From the NCBI GenBank assembly GCA_036918135.1, contig JBALDB010000011.1, positions 64,001 to 128,000 on the forward strand: a stretch of DNA of 64,000 bases, read 5' to 3'. The stretch is from Nostoc sp. (lineage in GTDB: Bacteria > Cyanobacteriota > Cyanobacteriia > Cyanobacteriales > Nostocaceae). Below, piece after piece: positions 48,529 to 59,720 of this stretch. How positions within the stretch are numbered: the stretch's first letter is position 1; every line of letters begins with the position of its first letter. The position numbers were made by a program, and so were the translations under genes. The notes beneath the pieces were generated by a model. That model did not search any database. It was given only the letters and a program-made list of their open reading frames with translations, and was not told where the DNA came from.

Positions 48529-48696
48529 CATCGCCCTGCAATTTGATTGCATCGCTCTGCAATACGAATGCATCGACCTGCAATTTGATTGCATTGACCT
48601 GTAATTTAATTGCATCGACCTGCAATACGAATGTATCGACCTGCAATGCGATTGCATCGACCTGCAATGCGATTGCATCGACCTGCAATTCAATAC
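48529..48696. repeat. 21-bp tandem repeat array (8 units)
   Basis: CATCGACCTGCAAT(T/A/G)(T/C)GA(T/A)TG consensus. Confidence 0.9.
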
Positions 48697-48775
48697 CCGT
48701 AAAAAGTTCGCTTAAATTGGTATAAGTATTGTGGTAACATCACTAGGAATCAAACCGTACAACAGAACGTAGTAT

Positions 48776-50125
48776 ATGATTAGTTTACGCTTACCCTCTC
48801 TTCACTACTTGCGTACATTTGCGATCGCACTCTCTTTGTTGACTGCTCAAGATTTAGCAGTTGCCCAGCAACCACCATCGTTTGATGGTGATTTTGAAAA
48901 CGGTTTAGGTAGCGGCTTTCGGGTTGAATCTTGTTGTTCTCATTCATTCTCTACAGTACCTACAATTACTCGGCATGGGAGTTACGGAGCCAGATTTGAG
49001 CTTAGAAGAACCGATCCTGATGTAGCAACAAGTAGAAGAGTGGAAGCAAAAACAACTTTTCCTTTGCAGCAAGAAATGTGGTTTAACCTTAATTATTTGT
49101 TTCCACAAGACTACACACCTGAGAATTCTAGTGAAATTATCGCCCAGTGGCACGATCTTCCTGATAAAGGGGAGGCTTGGCAAATGCCATCGCTTAATTT
49201 ATGGGTTTCAAATAACAAAATTCATCTTACAAATCGATGGCAGCTGAAAAAAATTGGCGATCAAAACAAATTTGATGGTCAATTAAGCTATGATTTAGGA
49301 GATATCAAGCGTAATCGTTGGACAAATATTGTTGTTCATATTAAATGGGCACTTGATAATACCGGATTAATTGAAGTATGGCGGGATGGTTTTAAGAAGG
49401 TTAATCAAGTAGGTCCTAATCGCTATAATGACGATCTCTATCCTTATCTAAAATTTGGGATTTATAAATTCGATTGGAAAACCAAACCTCAAGCTTCAAC
49501 GTTGAATACTCGAGTACTTTATATTGATGATGTTCGAGTTGGTTTTAAAGACTCAAATTATGCTAAGATGAGTACCGTCGGTACTTTCTACATAAAGGAT
49601 TTCTTCACTTCAACAATAGATCCGTTTGAGGTAATAACAGGAGGGGCATGGCTTCGCCGTTTAGAACGTTACGATCTTGCATCGCCTGTACAATCAAACG
49701 GCTCGGTGACTACTAACCTCACTCTTCATCAAAAAACTGTTCCTACTAATTTCAATTTAAAGGTAGATGCTCAAGTTAACTCCCCTAGTAGTACAGGAGA
49801 TTATTCGATAGTCTTTAATTATAAAGATTTAAATAATTTTTCTTATATAAATTTTAGTTTAGTTAATCGTAGAGGGTCTAATGGAATATTTACTGTGAAA
49901 AATGGAGCTTTGACAACGCTTGCAGTATTTACTTCACCAATACAGGCTGGCCAATGGGATCATCTTGAGCTTAAACAAGTTGGCTCTACGATTGATGTGT
50001 GGAAGAATAGTAAGTTAATCGGACAAGCAACAACTAATGTGCCAATATCGGGACGTGTAGGGTTTAGTAGTTCTGGAAGTAATGTATCATTTGATAATTT
50101 ATTAGTGTATGAACTTCCAGAATAA
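48776..50125 (+). CDS. Secreted polysaccharide lyase-like protein with C-terminal beta-sandwich domain
   Basis: Signal peptide, DFE, RxE, IIAQWH, G.IEVW.DG, YLKFGIY, YIDDV; C-terminal GRVGF..FDN. Confidence 0.75.
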   Translation: MISLRLPSLHYLRTFAIALSLLTAQDLAVAQQPPSFDGDFENGLGSGFRVESCCSHSFSTVPTITRHGSYGARFELRRTDPDVATSRRVEAKTTFPLQQEMWFNLNYLFPQDYTPENSSEIIAQWHDLPDKGEAWQMPSLNLWVSNNKIHLTNRWQLKKIGDQNKFDGQLSYDLGDIKRNRWTNIVVHIKWALDNTGLIEVWRDGFKKVNQVGPNRYNDDLYPYLKFGIYKFDWKTKPQASTLNTRVLYIDDVRVGFKDSNYAKMSTVGTFYIKDFFTSTIDPFEVITGGAWLRRLERYDLASPVQSNGSVTTNLTLHQKTVPTNFNLKVDAQVNSPSSTGDYSIVFNYKDLNNFSYINFSLVNRRGSNGIFTVKNGALTTLAVFTSPIQAGQWDHLELKQVGSTIDVWKNSKLIGQATTNVPISGRVGFSSSGSNVSFDNLLVYELPE

Positions 50126-50233
50126 AATTTGCTTATTGGGCTTGAATAGTTGCTTTTAAAGTTGCTATTCAAGAACAATACTCCGGATAATTTTTAGTTG
50201 AGGAAATCGACAAAAAAGCTATCGAACCATTAA

Positions 50234-50655
50234 GGTGTTGTTATAACAAACAAGCACAGGCTCGATAGCTACATAGAAAATTGTACAAAGCTTACTAATC
50301 AAAATGGAGATTTCCTGCAAACCGCAGATGAAAGCATTAGAGTATTCAACCAATAGGTAACTCAGCAGATAAGGCATCATCCATTAATGCTCTGATAACT
50401 TTTCTAGCGAGCGGTTGTAAACAGGTAACAGAGAATAAAGGCTTAAAGTCTCCCTTGCGATCCCAAGTAGAAACGCTAGAAGCAACCTTAGAAGCTATGG
50501 GTAGTCCAACACCACAACAGTCAGCACTACTCAAGGTGACGATGGAAGGAAGAAAGTTAGAGTATCCAGCACGGTACAGTCAAAAAAAACTATTTGAACT
50601 CTACCGGGTTAAATGGCATTTAGATACAGCTTTAGAAATCCTGGGAATGCCCTAA
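50234..50655 (+). pseudogene. Probable frameshifted gene remnant of unknown function
   Basis: Two abutting protein-like frames joined near 50340, ending ..RVKWHLDTALEILGMP*. Confidence 0.3.
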
Positions 50656-50904
50656 ACCTTAATTACATAGCTAGAAAAGTACAGCGTTACACCGCTACAA
50701 CTGATTGATATTTAGCAAAGATTTTTGTCAATAGAATTAGAGCGATCGCCATTCCAAAACTCTAAATTTATACACTGCAAATATTACCAAAAATCAGATT
50801 GATTTTAATAATCAATGTTTGCAAAATATAAATTATCCTCCCCGCAAGTGAGAGTCCATTCCACATACAATAAAATCATAATTATTCAAGTGTAAGTAGC
50901 CAAA

Positions 50905-51237
50905 ATGACTGAAGAACAAAATCGTATCAATCGTATGGAAGACCAACTTATTGATATGCGTCTAGCAGTCAGCGCCCTTTTGGAAACTGTGACGCAGCAT
51001 CAACGTAACTTTGAGACTATACAGCGTAATTTTGAGACTATGCAGCGGAACTTTGATACTATTTTCACTGAAATTAGAGACATCCGTACTGATATGCAAG
51101 AAATGCGAGTTGATATGCAAGAAATGCGAGTTGATATGTTGCAAATGCAATCAGAAGTTAGGGGATTACAAACAGAAAATCGCCGCATTCTTGATATTTT
51201 ACAAAATCGCAATTCTGAAGATGATTCCTTGGCATAA
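50905..51237 (+). CDS. Small coiled-coil heptad-repeat protein
   Basis: QRNFET(I/M) and DMQEMRV heptads, GLQTENRRIL tail. Confidence 0.75.
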   Translation: MTEEQNRINRMEDQLIDMRLAVSALLETVTQHQRNFETIQRNFETMQRNFDTIFTEIRDIRTDMQEMRVDMQEMRVDMLQMQSEVRGLQTENRRILDILQNRNSEDDSLA

Positions 51238-51276
51238 TAATAGAGACGTTGCATTGCAACGCCTCTGGATGAACTG

Positions 51277-52332
51277 TTAATTAAACTGTTCGATAATTCC
51301 GCCACCTAACACTTTTTCTCCGTCATACCACACCGCAGCTTGTCCGGGTGTGATGCTGAATTGAGGTTCATCAAACACCAAACGCACGCGGGAGTTTTCC
51401 AGAGGAATCACCGTCACTGGTGTAGGTGTGGAACGATAGCGAATTTGCACTTCGGCATGAATTGGGGTAGATGGTTCGGCGATAGAAACCCAATTTACTC
51501 GCCCCACACTACATTCTGGCTGAGTTACCAAAGTGCGATCGCCAACAACAACTCGATTATTCACTGCATCTAATTCAATCACATATAGCGGCTGGGAAGC
51601 AGCAATTCCCAAGCCTTTGCGCTGTCCAATTGTGTAGTGATGCACACCATCATGCTGTCCCAAAACTTTGCCAGTGGTATCCACAATATCGCCTGTTTTG
51701 GGAGCTAAATATTTATCCAAAAATGCGCGCATAGAACCGTTACTTTCTACTAAGCATAAGTCTTGACTTTCTGGTTTATCAGCAGTTTTTAAACCGTATT
51801 CAGCAGCAATCCGACGGGTATCAGTTTTTTCCAGTTCCCCTAAAGGAAAGATACTTGCCTCTAGTAAATCTTGAGATAAATCATAAAGAAAATAAGACTG
51901 GTCTTTGTTGCGGTCAACAGCTCGTAATAACTGATAACGCCCAGTAGCTTCGTCATAGTTAATTCGGGCATAATGACCAGTGGCAATGCGATCGCATCCC
52001 AAATGTTCGCGGGCATATTGCACCATTGGGCCAAACTTTACCGTTTTATTGCACTGAGAGCAAGGCAAAGGCGTGATCCCAGCACTGTAACCAGTCACCA
52101 AGAAATCGACAATATTTGTTTGGAAGACATCCCGAATATCCACAACCTCATGGGGAATGCCCAGTTGTTCGCAGATAATAGCCGCGTCGATCGTGCCTTC
52201 AGAGCAACATTGACCTTTGCCTTTCATCAGCCAAAGAGTCATACCAATTACTTCATAGCCCTGATGGTTCAGGATAGCAGCGGCGGTGGAACTGTCAACA
52301 CCACCAGAAAGACCAACGACGACTTTTTTCAT
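51277..52332 (-). CDS. mnmA: tRNA 2-thiouridine(34) synthase
   Basis: [33 protein letters not shown]. Confidence 0.96.
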   Translation of the reverse strand: MKKVVVGLSGGVDSSTAAAILNHQGYEVIGMTLWLMKGKGQCCSEGTIDAAIICEQLGIPHEVVDIRDVFQTNIVDFLVTGYSAGITPLPCSQCNKTVKFGPMVQYAREHLGCDRIATGHYARINYDEATGRYQLLRAVDRNKDQSYFLYDLSQDLLEASIFPLGELEKTDTRRIAAEYGLKTADKPESQDLCLVESNGSMRAFLDKYLAPKTGDIVDTTGKVLGQHDGVHHYTIGQRKGLGIAASQPLYVIELDAVNNRVVVGDRTLVTQPECSVGRVNWVSIAEPSTPIHAEVQIRYRSTPTPVTVIPLENSRVRLVFDEPQFSITPGQAAVWYDGEKVLGGGIIEQFN

Positions 52333-52590
52333 ACAAACCCAACACGGTAGTTGCGTAGTTGTCCAATTGTAGCACAGACTCTTCAAAGCCTTGCTAGTAA
52401 AGCATTTCAGTTGAGCAACAACCAAATAGAGAGTTGCTACTCGCTTGCTCATCTAAGATTAGTAACAGATGTATTGTTGAGAACCTAAATGAGGTAAGTT
52501 ATCACTAACGCTATATAGTTGCTACAACAGCAAACCAATTAGTTCCTGACGGCAATTGCTTAAAAATATTTAGATTACTTTCTAACTAAT

Positions 52591-53472
52591 ATGTCTAGTA
52601 AAATACCAAGTCAATTTATTCGATTTCAGGTCTTCTCTTTATTGATGGGAGGATATTTGGTGCTGCTTGCCGACTCAACCCCAGTACAAGCACAAATTTC
52701 CAACAGCAACCTGCAACTGGCTCAACAACAAGTTGAAACTTTACCGCCACCAGTTATCTTTGGTCAAGAATCACCGCAGTTACCGCCGGCAGAACCAGCA
52801 CAAACTTATCAACCCGATCCGAATCAACCCTCTCAACCAGCACAGGTTTTTCAGCCCTCTCAACCAGCACAAACTTATCAAACCGAGCAGAACTTTCAGC
52901 CTTCTCAACCACCACAGTTGAGTCAATATAACCAAAACTTTGAACGCTACTTAGTTTATGTTGATGCTAATGATTACCAAACCTTACAAGAAATACGTCA
53001 GCTTGAACCCAGTGCTTATATTCGAGAATACCAAGGACGTAATGTAATTCAATCTGGAGTTTTTAGCACAGCATCTAACGCCCAACAAAGGGTTTATGAA
53101 CTACAGTCACGAGGCATTAATAGCGCACGAATTATCAGCTTTGCTAACGGACAAGAAATAGCCGCTTTTGATAGAGGTAATAGAGATTTTATTGGCGATC
53201 GCAATAATAGAAATGTTGCCAAAGTCTCTAGATATTACGTCGTTATTCCCACTACTTCCGAAAACTTACCTGCGCTTGGCGCTCAAATTAGACAGAATTT
53301 AGCCCGATTCAGCCAAGATTTAGGACGATCTGGCGGAGTCCTCGAAAGGACGCAACCACGAGGCCCACACGTAGCAGTAGGGCCTTTCGCTGACCGAGTA
53401 CAAGCACAAGAATGGAACAAATATCTGCGAAATACAGGATACCGTAATGCCAGAGTTTATTATGGAAAGTGA
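52591..53472 (+). CDS. Secreted Pro/Gln-rich hypothetical protein (SPOR-like C-terminus)
   Basis: Signal peptide, QP repeats, GPHVAVGPF...ARVYY. Confidence 0.7.
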   Translation: MSSKIPSQFIRFQVFSLLMGGYLVLLADSTPVQAQISNSNLQLAQQQVETLPPPVIFGQESPQLPPAEPAQTYQPDPNQPSQPAQVFQPSQPAQTYQTEQNFQPSQPPQLSQYNQNFERYLVYVDANDYQTLQEIRQLEPSAYIREYQGRNVIQSGVFSTASNAQQRVYELQSRGINSARIISFANGQEIAAFDRGNRDFIGDRNNRNVAKVSRYYVVIPTTSENLPALGAQIRQNLARFSQDLGRSGGVLERTQPRGPHVAVGPFADRVQAQEWNKYLRNTGYRNARVYYGK

Positions 53473-53547
53473 AGAAGTTTGTCATTTGTCATTTGCAGTA
53501 AAATAAAATTCATCAACTCCCCACTCAGCACTCAGCACTCAGCACTG

Positions 53548-55137
53548 ATGTCAGATAGGCAAGAACAAATTTCACAAGTGGTAGTAACTGCTGAGCAAAT
53601 GCGCGATATTGAAGCGCGAATCTTTGCGGCAGGAATGCCTGTAGTAGCTTTGATGGAAAAGGTGGCGGGATTAATTGCCCGTCGCATTCAAAATATTTAC
53701 CCAAACCCCGAACAAAAGCAAGATACCCCCTCACCCTCCTCAAATCTCCGTGTCGGCATTCTCGTCGGCCCCGGTCATAATGGGGGAGATGCTCTGGTAG
53801 TAGCGCGTGAATTACATTTTCATGGTTATGAAATTTGGATTTATTCTCCTTTCTCTAAGCTCAAGGAATTAACTTCCCAACACTTGCAGTATGCTCAGAG
53901 TTTGGGCATTCCAGTTTATCAACAGATTGAGCAATTGCCAGATTCGGATTTATTGATTGATGGATTGTTTGGATTCGGTTTAGAAAAAAACCTCACCGAT
54001 CCCATCGCCTCTGCAATCAATCGGCTAAATGAATTGTCTGTGCCAATTTTGAGTATCGATTTACCTTCGGGGTTGCACACTGACACAGGCGAAGTATTGG
54101 GAACTGCGATTCGCGCTACTCACACGTTTTGCTTGGGTGTATGGAAATTGGCTTTTTTGCAAGACCAGGCGCTAGAATATCTCGGCAAAGCTGAATTAAT
54201 CGATTTTGATATTCCTTTGGCTGATGTGCAAGCTGTTATCAAAGATGCACCCAGAATTAAACGCATTACACCAGCAACGGCACTTTCAACTCTACCTTTA
54301 CCCCGTCCATCAGTTACCCACAAATATAAAGAAGGACATTTACTGCTGATTTGTGGTTCGCGGCGCTATGCAGGTGGAGCAATTTTAAGTGGTTTGGGTG
54401 CGCGGGGTAGTGGTGTGGGGATGCTTTCGGTTGCTGTACCAGAATCGCTGAAATCTCTTTTGGTGTCCCATTTGCCAGAAGCGCTGATTGTCGGTTGTCC
54501 AGAAACAGAAACCGGAGCGATTGCCCAATTGCAACTACCTGCAAAAACAAATCTCAGTTCCTTTAGTGCGATCGCTTGTGGCCCTGGTTTAACAACAGAT
54601 GCCACTCCAATTGTACAAGAGGTAATAGAAAGCGATGTTCCTTTGGTTCTCGATGCCGATGGTTTAAATATACTCGCCCAAATCGGAACTATCCCCACTT
54701 TAGAAAAACGCCAAGCACTAACCATACTTACACCCCACGCAGGTGAATTCCAGCGATTATTTCCACAGGTCGTTGATGCAAAACACCATCGGGTTAAAGC
54801 AGTACGAGAAGCAGCAGCGCAAAGTAGGGCAGTAATATTGTTAAAAGGTGCAAGAACTGCCATAGCCAACCCCCAAGGTGAAGTTTGGATTGTTGGAGAA
54901 AGCACACCAGCCCTAGCGCGTGGCGGTAGTGGAGACGTGTTAACTGGACTACTAGGCGGATTGCTCGCACAAGCGGCAAGTAAGCAAATTCCAGTAGAAG
55001 ATATTGCTGCAACTGCTGCTTGGTGGCATTCCCAAGCGGGTATTTTAGCAGCCCAAGAGCGTACCGAATTAGGTGTAGATGCGTTTACATTGACACAATA
55101 TTTAATAAAATGTCTCAGTAATTATTACCGCTTTTAA
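53548..55137 (+). CDS. nnr: Bifunctional NAD(P)H-hydrate epimerase/dehydratase
   Basis: GPGHNGGD, IDLPSG, GPGL, DADGL, LTPHAGEF, GGSGDVLTG. Confidence 0.93.
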   Translation: MSDRQEQISQVVVTAEQMRDIEARIFAAGMPVVALMEKVAGLIARRIQNIYPNPEQKQDTPSPSSNLRVGILVGPGHNGGDALVVARELHFHGYEIWIYSPFSKLKELTSQHLQYAQSLGIPVYQQIEQLPDSDLLIDGLFGFGLEKNLTDPIASAINRLNELSVPILSIDLPSGLHTDTGEVLGTAIRATHTFCLGVWKLAFLQDQALEYLGKAELIDFDIPLADVQAVIKDAPRIKRITPATALSTLPLPRPSVTHKYKEGHLLLICGSRRYAGGAILSGLGARGSGVGMLSVAVPESLKSLLVSHLPEALIVGCPETETGAIAQLQLPAKTNLSSFSAIACGPGLTTDATPIVQEVIESDVPLVLDADGLNILAQIGTIPTLEKRQALTILTPHAGEFQRLFPQVVDAKHHRVKAVREAAAQSRAVILLKGARTAIANPQGEVWIVGESTPALARGGSGDVLTGLLGGLLAQAASKQIPVEDIAATAAWWHSQAGILAAQERTELGVDAFTLTQYLIKCLSNYYRF

Positions 55138-55360
55138 ATTAGGCGATCGCCTTGTTTGAAGTTTGAGACTGAGAATTAGAGACTAGATTTTCTTGATGAC
55201 TATAACTGTTAACTATGCCGTGAAGATGGATCGGGTTGATTTGAATAAGTACTCAAGCATATAGTTATATTCTTAAAATGCTTAATTACTTTTTAATATC
55301 AGTAGATTTAATAAGTTAAAATGTATATTGTTTTTAACTTAATTATAATTCATTTATTTA

Positions 55361-55490
55361 TAAGTAGATAGATATGATTAAATCTAAAATGTTATTGCGA
55401 GCGAAGCAAAGCAATCCCAGAGAGCTTGTGATTGCTTCGCTTCGCTCGCAATGACAGAACGTATTATATTTATTTATGTCTATCAACTTA
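55361..55490. mobile_element. MITE-like element containing a REP-like hairpin
   Basis: TAAGTAGATAGATAT / ATGTCTATCAACTTA ends; TTGCGAGCGAAGC..GCAATC...GATTGC..GCTTCGCTCGCAA stem. Confidence 0.65.
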
Positions 55491-55787
55491 ACAACTATCA
55501 TTCATTTTGTAGCAAAAGCTATTGGATACTTGGCAAAATAATTTATTAGCTCAACATTAGCTCAACAATATCACTAAATTGTAGTGTAACTAATGTTATA
55601 CTTACTTTGCAGTACAAAATATATTTTCTTAATCATTGACTAAAGACAAAATCCCCATATAAAAAATAGCTATAACTTTTGATAATTGACTTTTAATTAA
55701 AGTTCTTTCGGCAGAAGGAGGTAAATTAAGTATAAAAATGTTTAGCTTATTGATAAGGAAATGTAAATTAAATTTTTGAGGTATCAA

Positions 55788-56717
55788 ATGGTTCTTTACA
55801 AATTAGAAGATTTTGAACCTAACTATCGTGATAGCTTTGAAGGTCGTGATATTAAAGGACTTGGGGTCTATACACAAGGAACTGATGAAAAAGTTGGCAC
55901 TGTCAACGATGTTTTAGTTGATGAAGAAGGGCATTTCCGCTATCTAGTTGTTGACTTAGGCTTTTGGATTTTTGGTAAAAAAGTACTACTACCAATTGGT
56001 CGTGCCCATATTGATTATAATAGCGATCGCGTCTATACCATTGGTTTAACTAGAGAACAAGCAGAAGATTTACCTGAGTTCGATGAACGCCAAGCGCTTG
56101 ACTACGACTACGAAGAACGCGTGCGCGGAGTGTATCGTCGCCCGGAAAACTATACCCGCTCCGTAGAAGCGTCAGCACCACTAGATACAACTCCTGTAGA
56201 TGCAAGCTATACAACTCCTGTAGATGCAAGCTATACAACTCCTGTAGATACAAGCTATACAACTCCTAATTACAACCGTGATAGTTACACATACGAAAAT
56301 GAGCCTTCTTTATACAATATAAATGACCAAAACAATCAAACTTTAAGATTGTATGAAGAAAGACTAATTGCCAGTAAACAACGCCGCAAAACTGGTGAAG
56401 TAACAATCGGTAAACGTGTTGAAACTGACACTGCACGAATTGCAGTACCAATAGAAAAAGAGCGAGTTGTAATTGAGCGTGTAACTCCTGCTGATGCAGG
56501 TACACCTGTTTCTGCACGTGAGGCAGACTTCCAAGAAGGTGATGTTGCTCGCGTGGAACTCTATGAAGAAACTCCTGATATTCGCAAAGAAGCAGTTTTG
56601 CGCGAAGAGGTCAGAGTTAGAAAAGTGGTAGACCAAGAAACAGTTGAAGCTCAAGAGACTGTGCGTCGTGAAGAGTTAGAAGTGAATGCTCCTAATCTTC
56701 CGGTTGAAGAACGCTAA
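55788..56717 (+). CDS. PRC-barrel + DUF2382 protein (AvaK/YsnF-like)
   Basis: FRYLVVDLGFWIFGKKVLLPIG, LYEERL..K.R...GEV, ETVRREEL; internal 24-bp repeat x3 (TTPVDASY). Confidence 0.88.
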   Translation: MVLYKLEDFEPNYRDSFEGRDIKGLGVYTQGTDEKVGTVNDVLVDEEGHFRYLVVDLGFWIFGKKVLLPIGRAHIDYNSDRVYTIGLTREQAEDLPEFDERQALDYDYEERVRGVYRRPENYTRSVEASAPLDTTPVDASYTTPVDASYTTPVDTSYTTPNYNRDSYTYENEPSLYNINDQNNQTLRLYEERLIASKQRRKTGEVTIGKRVETDTARIAVPIEKERVVIERVTPADAGTPVSAREADFQEGDVARVELYEETPDIRKEAVLREEVRVRKVVDQETVEAQETVRREELEVNAPNLPVEER

Positions 56718-56859
56718 CTAATTCGTAATATTTGCCTTCGCAGATTCGGCACGCTCCGGAATAGGGACTAGGGATTAAGATTAAAAATATTATTTCTCAG
56801 TCTCTAGTCTCTTTTACAACAAAGCAGTTGACAAATTTCGCATATTGAATAGCTAACCG

Positions 56860-57765
56860 ATGGCAAACAACATTGGGCGAACGAACTCAAATACTCGCAC
56901 TCACACCTTATTGGCAAACTTAAAAAATAAGGTGAATAATTTTGTTGTGTTCGATAGTCAAGGTGAGTTAGTAGGGAAGGTTCAGGATTTAATTGTAGAT
57001 GCTAATCATCGGCTAAATTTAGTTATCTCTAACCAGGTGAATCAACAAATTACAGAATCGGGTCACCATTTAGCCCAGAAACATGCTTCCTTATTCCAAG
57101 TGCAGAGCCAGAGAATCAAAAAAATTGACAACCCAACTAAATCTGTTTTTATAGACCTAGACCAATCACAAATAGAATATATGCCTGAATATATAGAAGA
57201 AACACCAGGCGAGCGCAAACTCTCACAACTATCAGAAAACTCAACTAAACAACTAGCTTTTAATCAAACTACAAATAACTCTATTGAACCAATAAATTTA
57301 GAAGACGTTAGTGAAGAAAAGATTATTCGTTTACTAGAAGAACGATTAGTTGTTGAAAGCAGGAAGCGGAGAATTGGTGAAGTAATTGTTCGCAAAGAAA
57401 TTGAAACCCGGATGGTACAAGTTCCTGTCCGGCGCGAGAAATTAATTATCGAACAAGTCAGCCCCGAACTCAAGCAACTCGCAGAAATTGACTTAAGTCA
57501 AGGAGAAATTTCTGGACTTGAGTTGAGTGAAGTAGAAGTAGAAAGACTTGAAGTTACACATCTTAATAACGGTTTAACAGTTAGTGGTGAATTTACTTCA
57601 CCTAAAATTGCTAGTTTATTACTAAATGCGATCGCCCTAGAGCAGAATCACGGATCTAAACGGGTACGAGTCACAATAACCGTTGAAGATGAATCACATC
57701 AGAAAAAGTATCAGGAGTGGTTTGACCGCTGTTCTAAAGGTCAGCAAATAAAATCCGAAAAATAA
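56860..57765 (+). CDS. PRC-barrel-like + DUF2382 protein
   Basis: IRLLEERLVV..RRIGEVIVRKEIET..VQVPVRREKLI. Confidence 0.82.
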   Translation: MANNIGRTNSNTRTHTLLANLKNKVNNFVVFDSQGELVGKVQDLIVDANHRLNLVISNQVNQQITESGHHLAQKHASLFQVQSQRIKKIDNPTKSVFIDLDQSQIEYMPEYIEETPGERKLSQLSENSTKQLAFNQTTNNSIEPINLEDVSEEKIIRLLEERLVVESRKRRIGEVIVRKEIETRMVQVPVRREKLIIEQVSPELKQLAEIDLSQGEISGLELSEVEVERLEVTHLNNGLTVSGEFTSPKIASLLLNAIALEQNHGSKRVRVTITVEDESHQKKYQEWFDRCSKGQQIKSEK

Positions 57766-57882
57766 GTTTCTAGCAGATAAATCATTAGGGTGAGCATTGC
57801 ACGCCCTATTTTTTTGTAAATAATTTAAGTAGGGTACGTGAGATTAAAGATATAAACCACTCTACTTATTAAACAGAATTAT

Positions 57883-58530
57883 CAAGCATTGTTAGGTTTT
57901 TTTGGCAGAGTTTCTGGTAATCAGAAGATTATAATTAACAAAGCTACAAATGCGATCGCACCGGAAACTATAATCCAAATCCAAAAGAAATCTGCTGTGC
58001 TAACAAGCTAGTGACTGGGCCGAGTACAAAGCCTAATCCCATTACTGCTCCATAAATTCCAAAGCCTTGAGCAAGCTTTTCGGGAATGGTAATATCTGAA
58101 ATAATCGCTTGAGCTACCGAAGTATTTCCGCCGACGATCCCATCTAAAAGTCGAGCGAGAAAAAGAATTACTGCTGTTGTAGTACTTCCAGCTATCAAGT
58201 TAGCGATGCCTGCGGAGGTCACTGAGCTTTGTCGTACCCCTACTCTTAAGCAAGCTAGCAAGAGCATCTCGTAGAGAAGTGCAAGCTTCGCTAACGCAGT
58301 TTTGCCAAACTGACGACCGCTAAAGATTTGCGTTCAAAGCGATCTGATAGTTTACCAATCACCGGGGTCGTAAAAAACTGAGCTATAGAGGAAATCGAAA
58401 ATAACAAACTCGTCTGAAAATCGCTCAGGCCAAATTGTTTGCCATAAAGATAGATAATGAGAATTAAAACTGTAAAACTGAGGGAATTAATAAAGGCAAT
58501 TAGAGCGCTAATCCAGAAATTTCGATTCAT
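57883..58530 (-). pseudogene. TetA-like MFS transporter pseudogene (N-terminal half)
   Basis: GKLSDRF.RK, ARLLDG..GGN.SVAQA.ISD, GFVLGP, LPET; stops, frameshifts and an 87-nt insertion at a HIP1 site. Confidence 0.8.
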
Positions 58531-58615
58531 CACTAGCAAGTTGTGACTTTGCAACTAGACTTTACTTTTCAACCCTAGTCATACTATCTACTTGTCGTTC
58601 TTTTGGCTACCCCAG

Positions 58616-59539
58616 ATGAAATTTCCAGTGAAGCGACTTTTACGCAAGCAGCAACGACGTTTGCTTCCACGTATTCACATTCAAGTTCGAGATGGAAAGT
58701 TTGAGATTATGGGTATGGGTGTGTGGTATTCCTACTGGCGCGAACCCTACCATCTGCTGCTAACAATTCCCTGGACTGGCTTTTTAATACTGATTTTTTT
58801 GTTCTATGTAACTATTAATGCTTTGTTCGCCCTATTTTACTTGGTAGGAGGAGATTGCATCGCCAACGCCCGACCCGGCTCTTTTTTAGATGTTTTTTTC
58901 TTTAGCGTCCAAACCCTAGCATCCATCGGCTACGGTGCGATGTATCCTAAAACAACTTATGCCAATATCATTGTTACCATTGAAGCGATGATCGGTTTAG
59001 TTGGAATTGCTTTGATGACCGGACTTGCATTTGCCCGATTCTCTCGACCGACTGCCCGTGTGATATTTAGCCGTGTAGCGGTAATTACAGCTCATGATGC
59101 CAAACCGACTTTGATGTTTCGCACCGCTAATCAGCGCCGCAACATGATTTTGGAAGCGCAGATGCGAGTATATTTAATGCGCGATGAAATCACAGCAGAA
59201 GGTCTGTTTATGCGTCGAATCTATGATTTGCAACTGCTGCGGAACCAAACACCTAGCTTTTCCTTAAGCTGGTCAGTGGTACATGTAATTGATGAATTTA
59301 GTCCTTTATATGGGATGACAGCAGAATCGCTAATCCAGACAAATTCTACGCTGATGATTTCTTTGAGTGGCATTGATGAAACAGTTGCACAGATCGTCAA
59401 TGCCCGTCATAGTTATAGTGCTAAGGAAATTTTGTGGAACAATCGCTTTGTCGATATCTTCCACGAAACACCCGATGGACATCGTTACATCGACTATAAT
59501 TGCTTTCACGATGTCTTGCCTTTAGATGAAATCAGGTAA
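58616..59539 (+). CDS. Inward-rectifier potassium channel (KirBac)
   Basis: FFFSVQTLASIGYG filter, FARFSRP, HVIDEFSPL. Confidence 0.92.
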   Translation: MKFPVKRLLRKQQRRLLPRIHIQVRDGKFEIMGMGVWYSYWREPYHLLLTIPWTGFLILIFLFYVTINALFALFYLVGGDCIANARPGSFLDVFFFSVQTLASIGYGAMYPKTTYANIIVTIEAMIGLVGIALMTGLAFARFSRPTARVIFSRVAVITAHDAKPTLMFRTANQRRNMILEAQMRVYLMRDEITAEGLFMRRIYDLQLLRNQTPSFSLSWSVVHVIDEFSPLYGMTAESLIQTNSTLMISLSGIDETVAQIVNARHSYSAKEILWNNRFVDIFHETPDGHRYIDYNCFHDVLPLDEIR

Positions 59540-59720
59540 AAATTCAGAATTGAGAAGATTTTAATACCCAAGCTTAAGTAAGTCGGCGCTAATATTTCAA
59601 GCTATATTAAGAAACTTAAATCTAGGGTGGGTTACTGCTGAGGGTAGGGCATCATCAACAATTCCACGTGCGTCCTACTTGTACGTAAATTTATTGGGAT
59701 GTAGCACTCTTTTTACTTTT

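Noticed and set aside
48382..48725. Overlapping Cys-rich ORFs on both strands as RiPP or metallothionein precursors
   Set aside because: Derived from the 21-bp repeat; no leader peptide or modifying enzymes nearby
50182..50187. Isolated TCCGGA (also 56755) as DIF1 promoters
   Set aside because: A palindromic hexamer is expected by chance; no supporting context like that in the sRNA array
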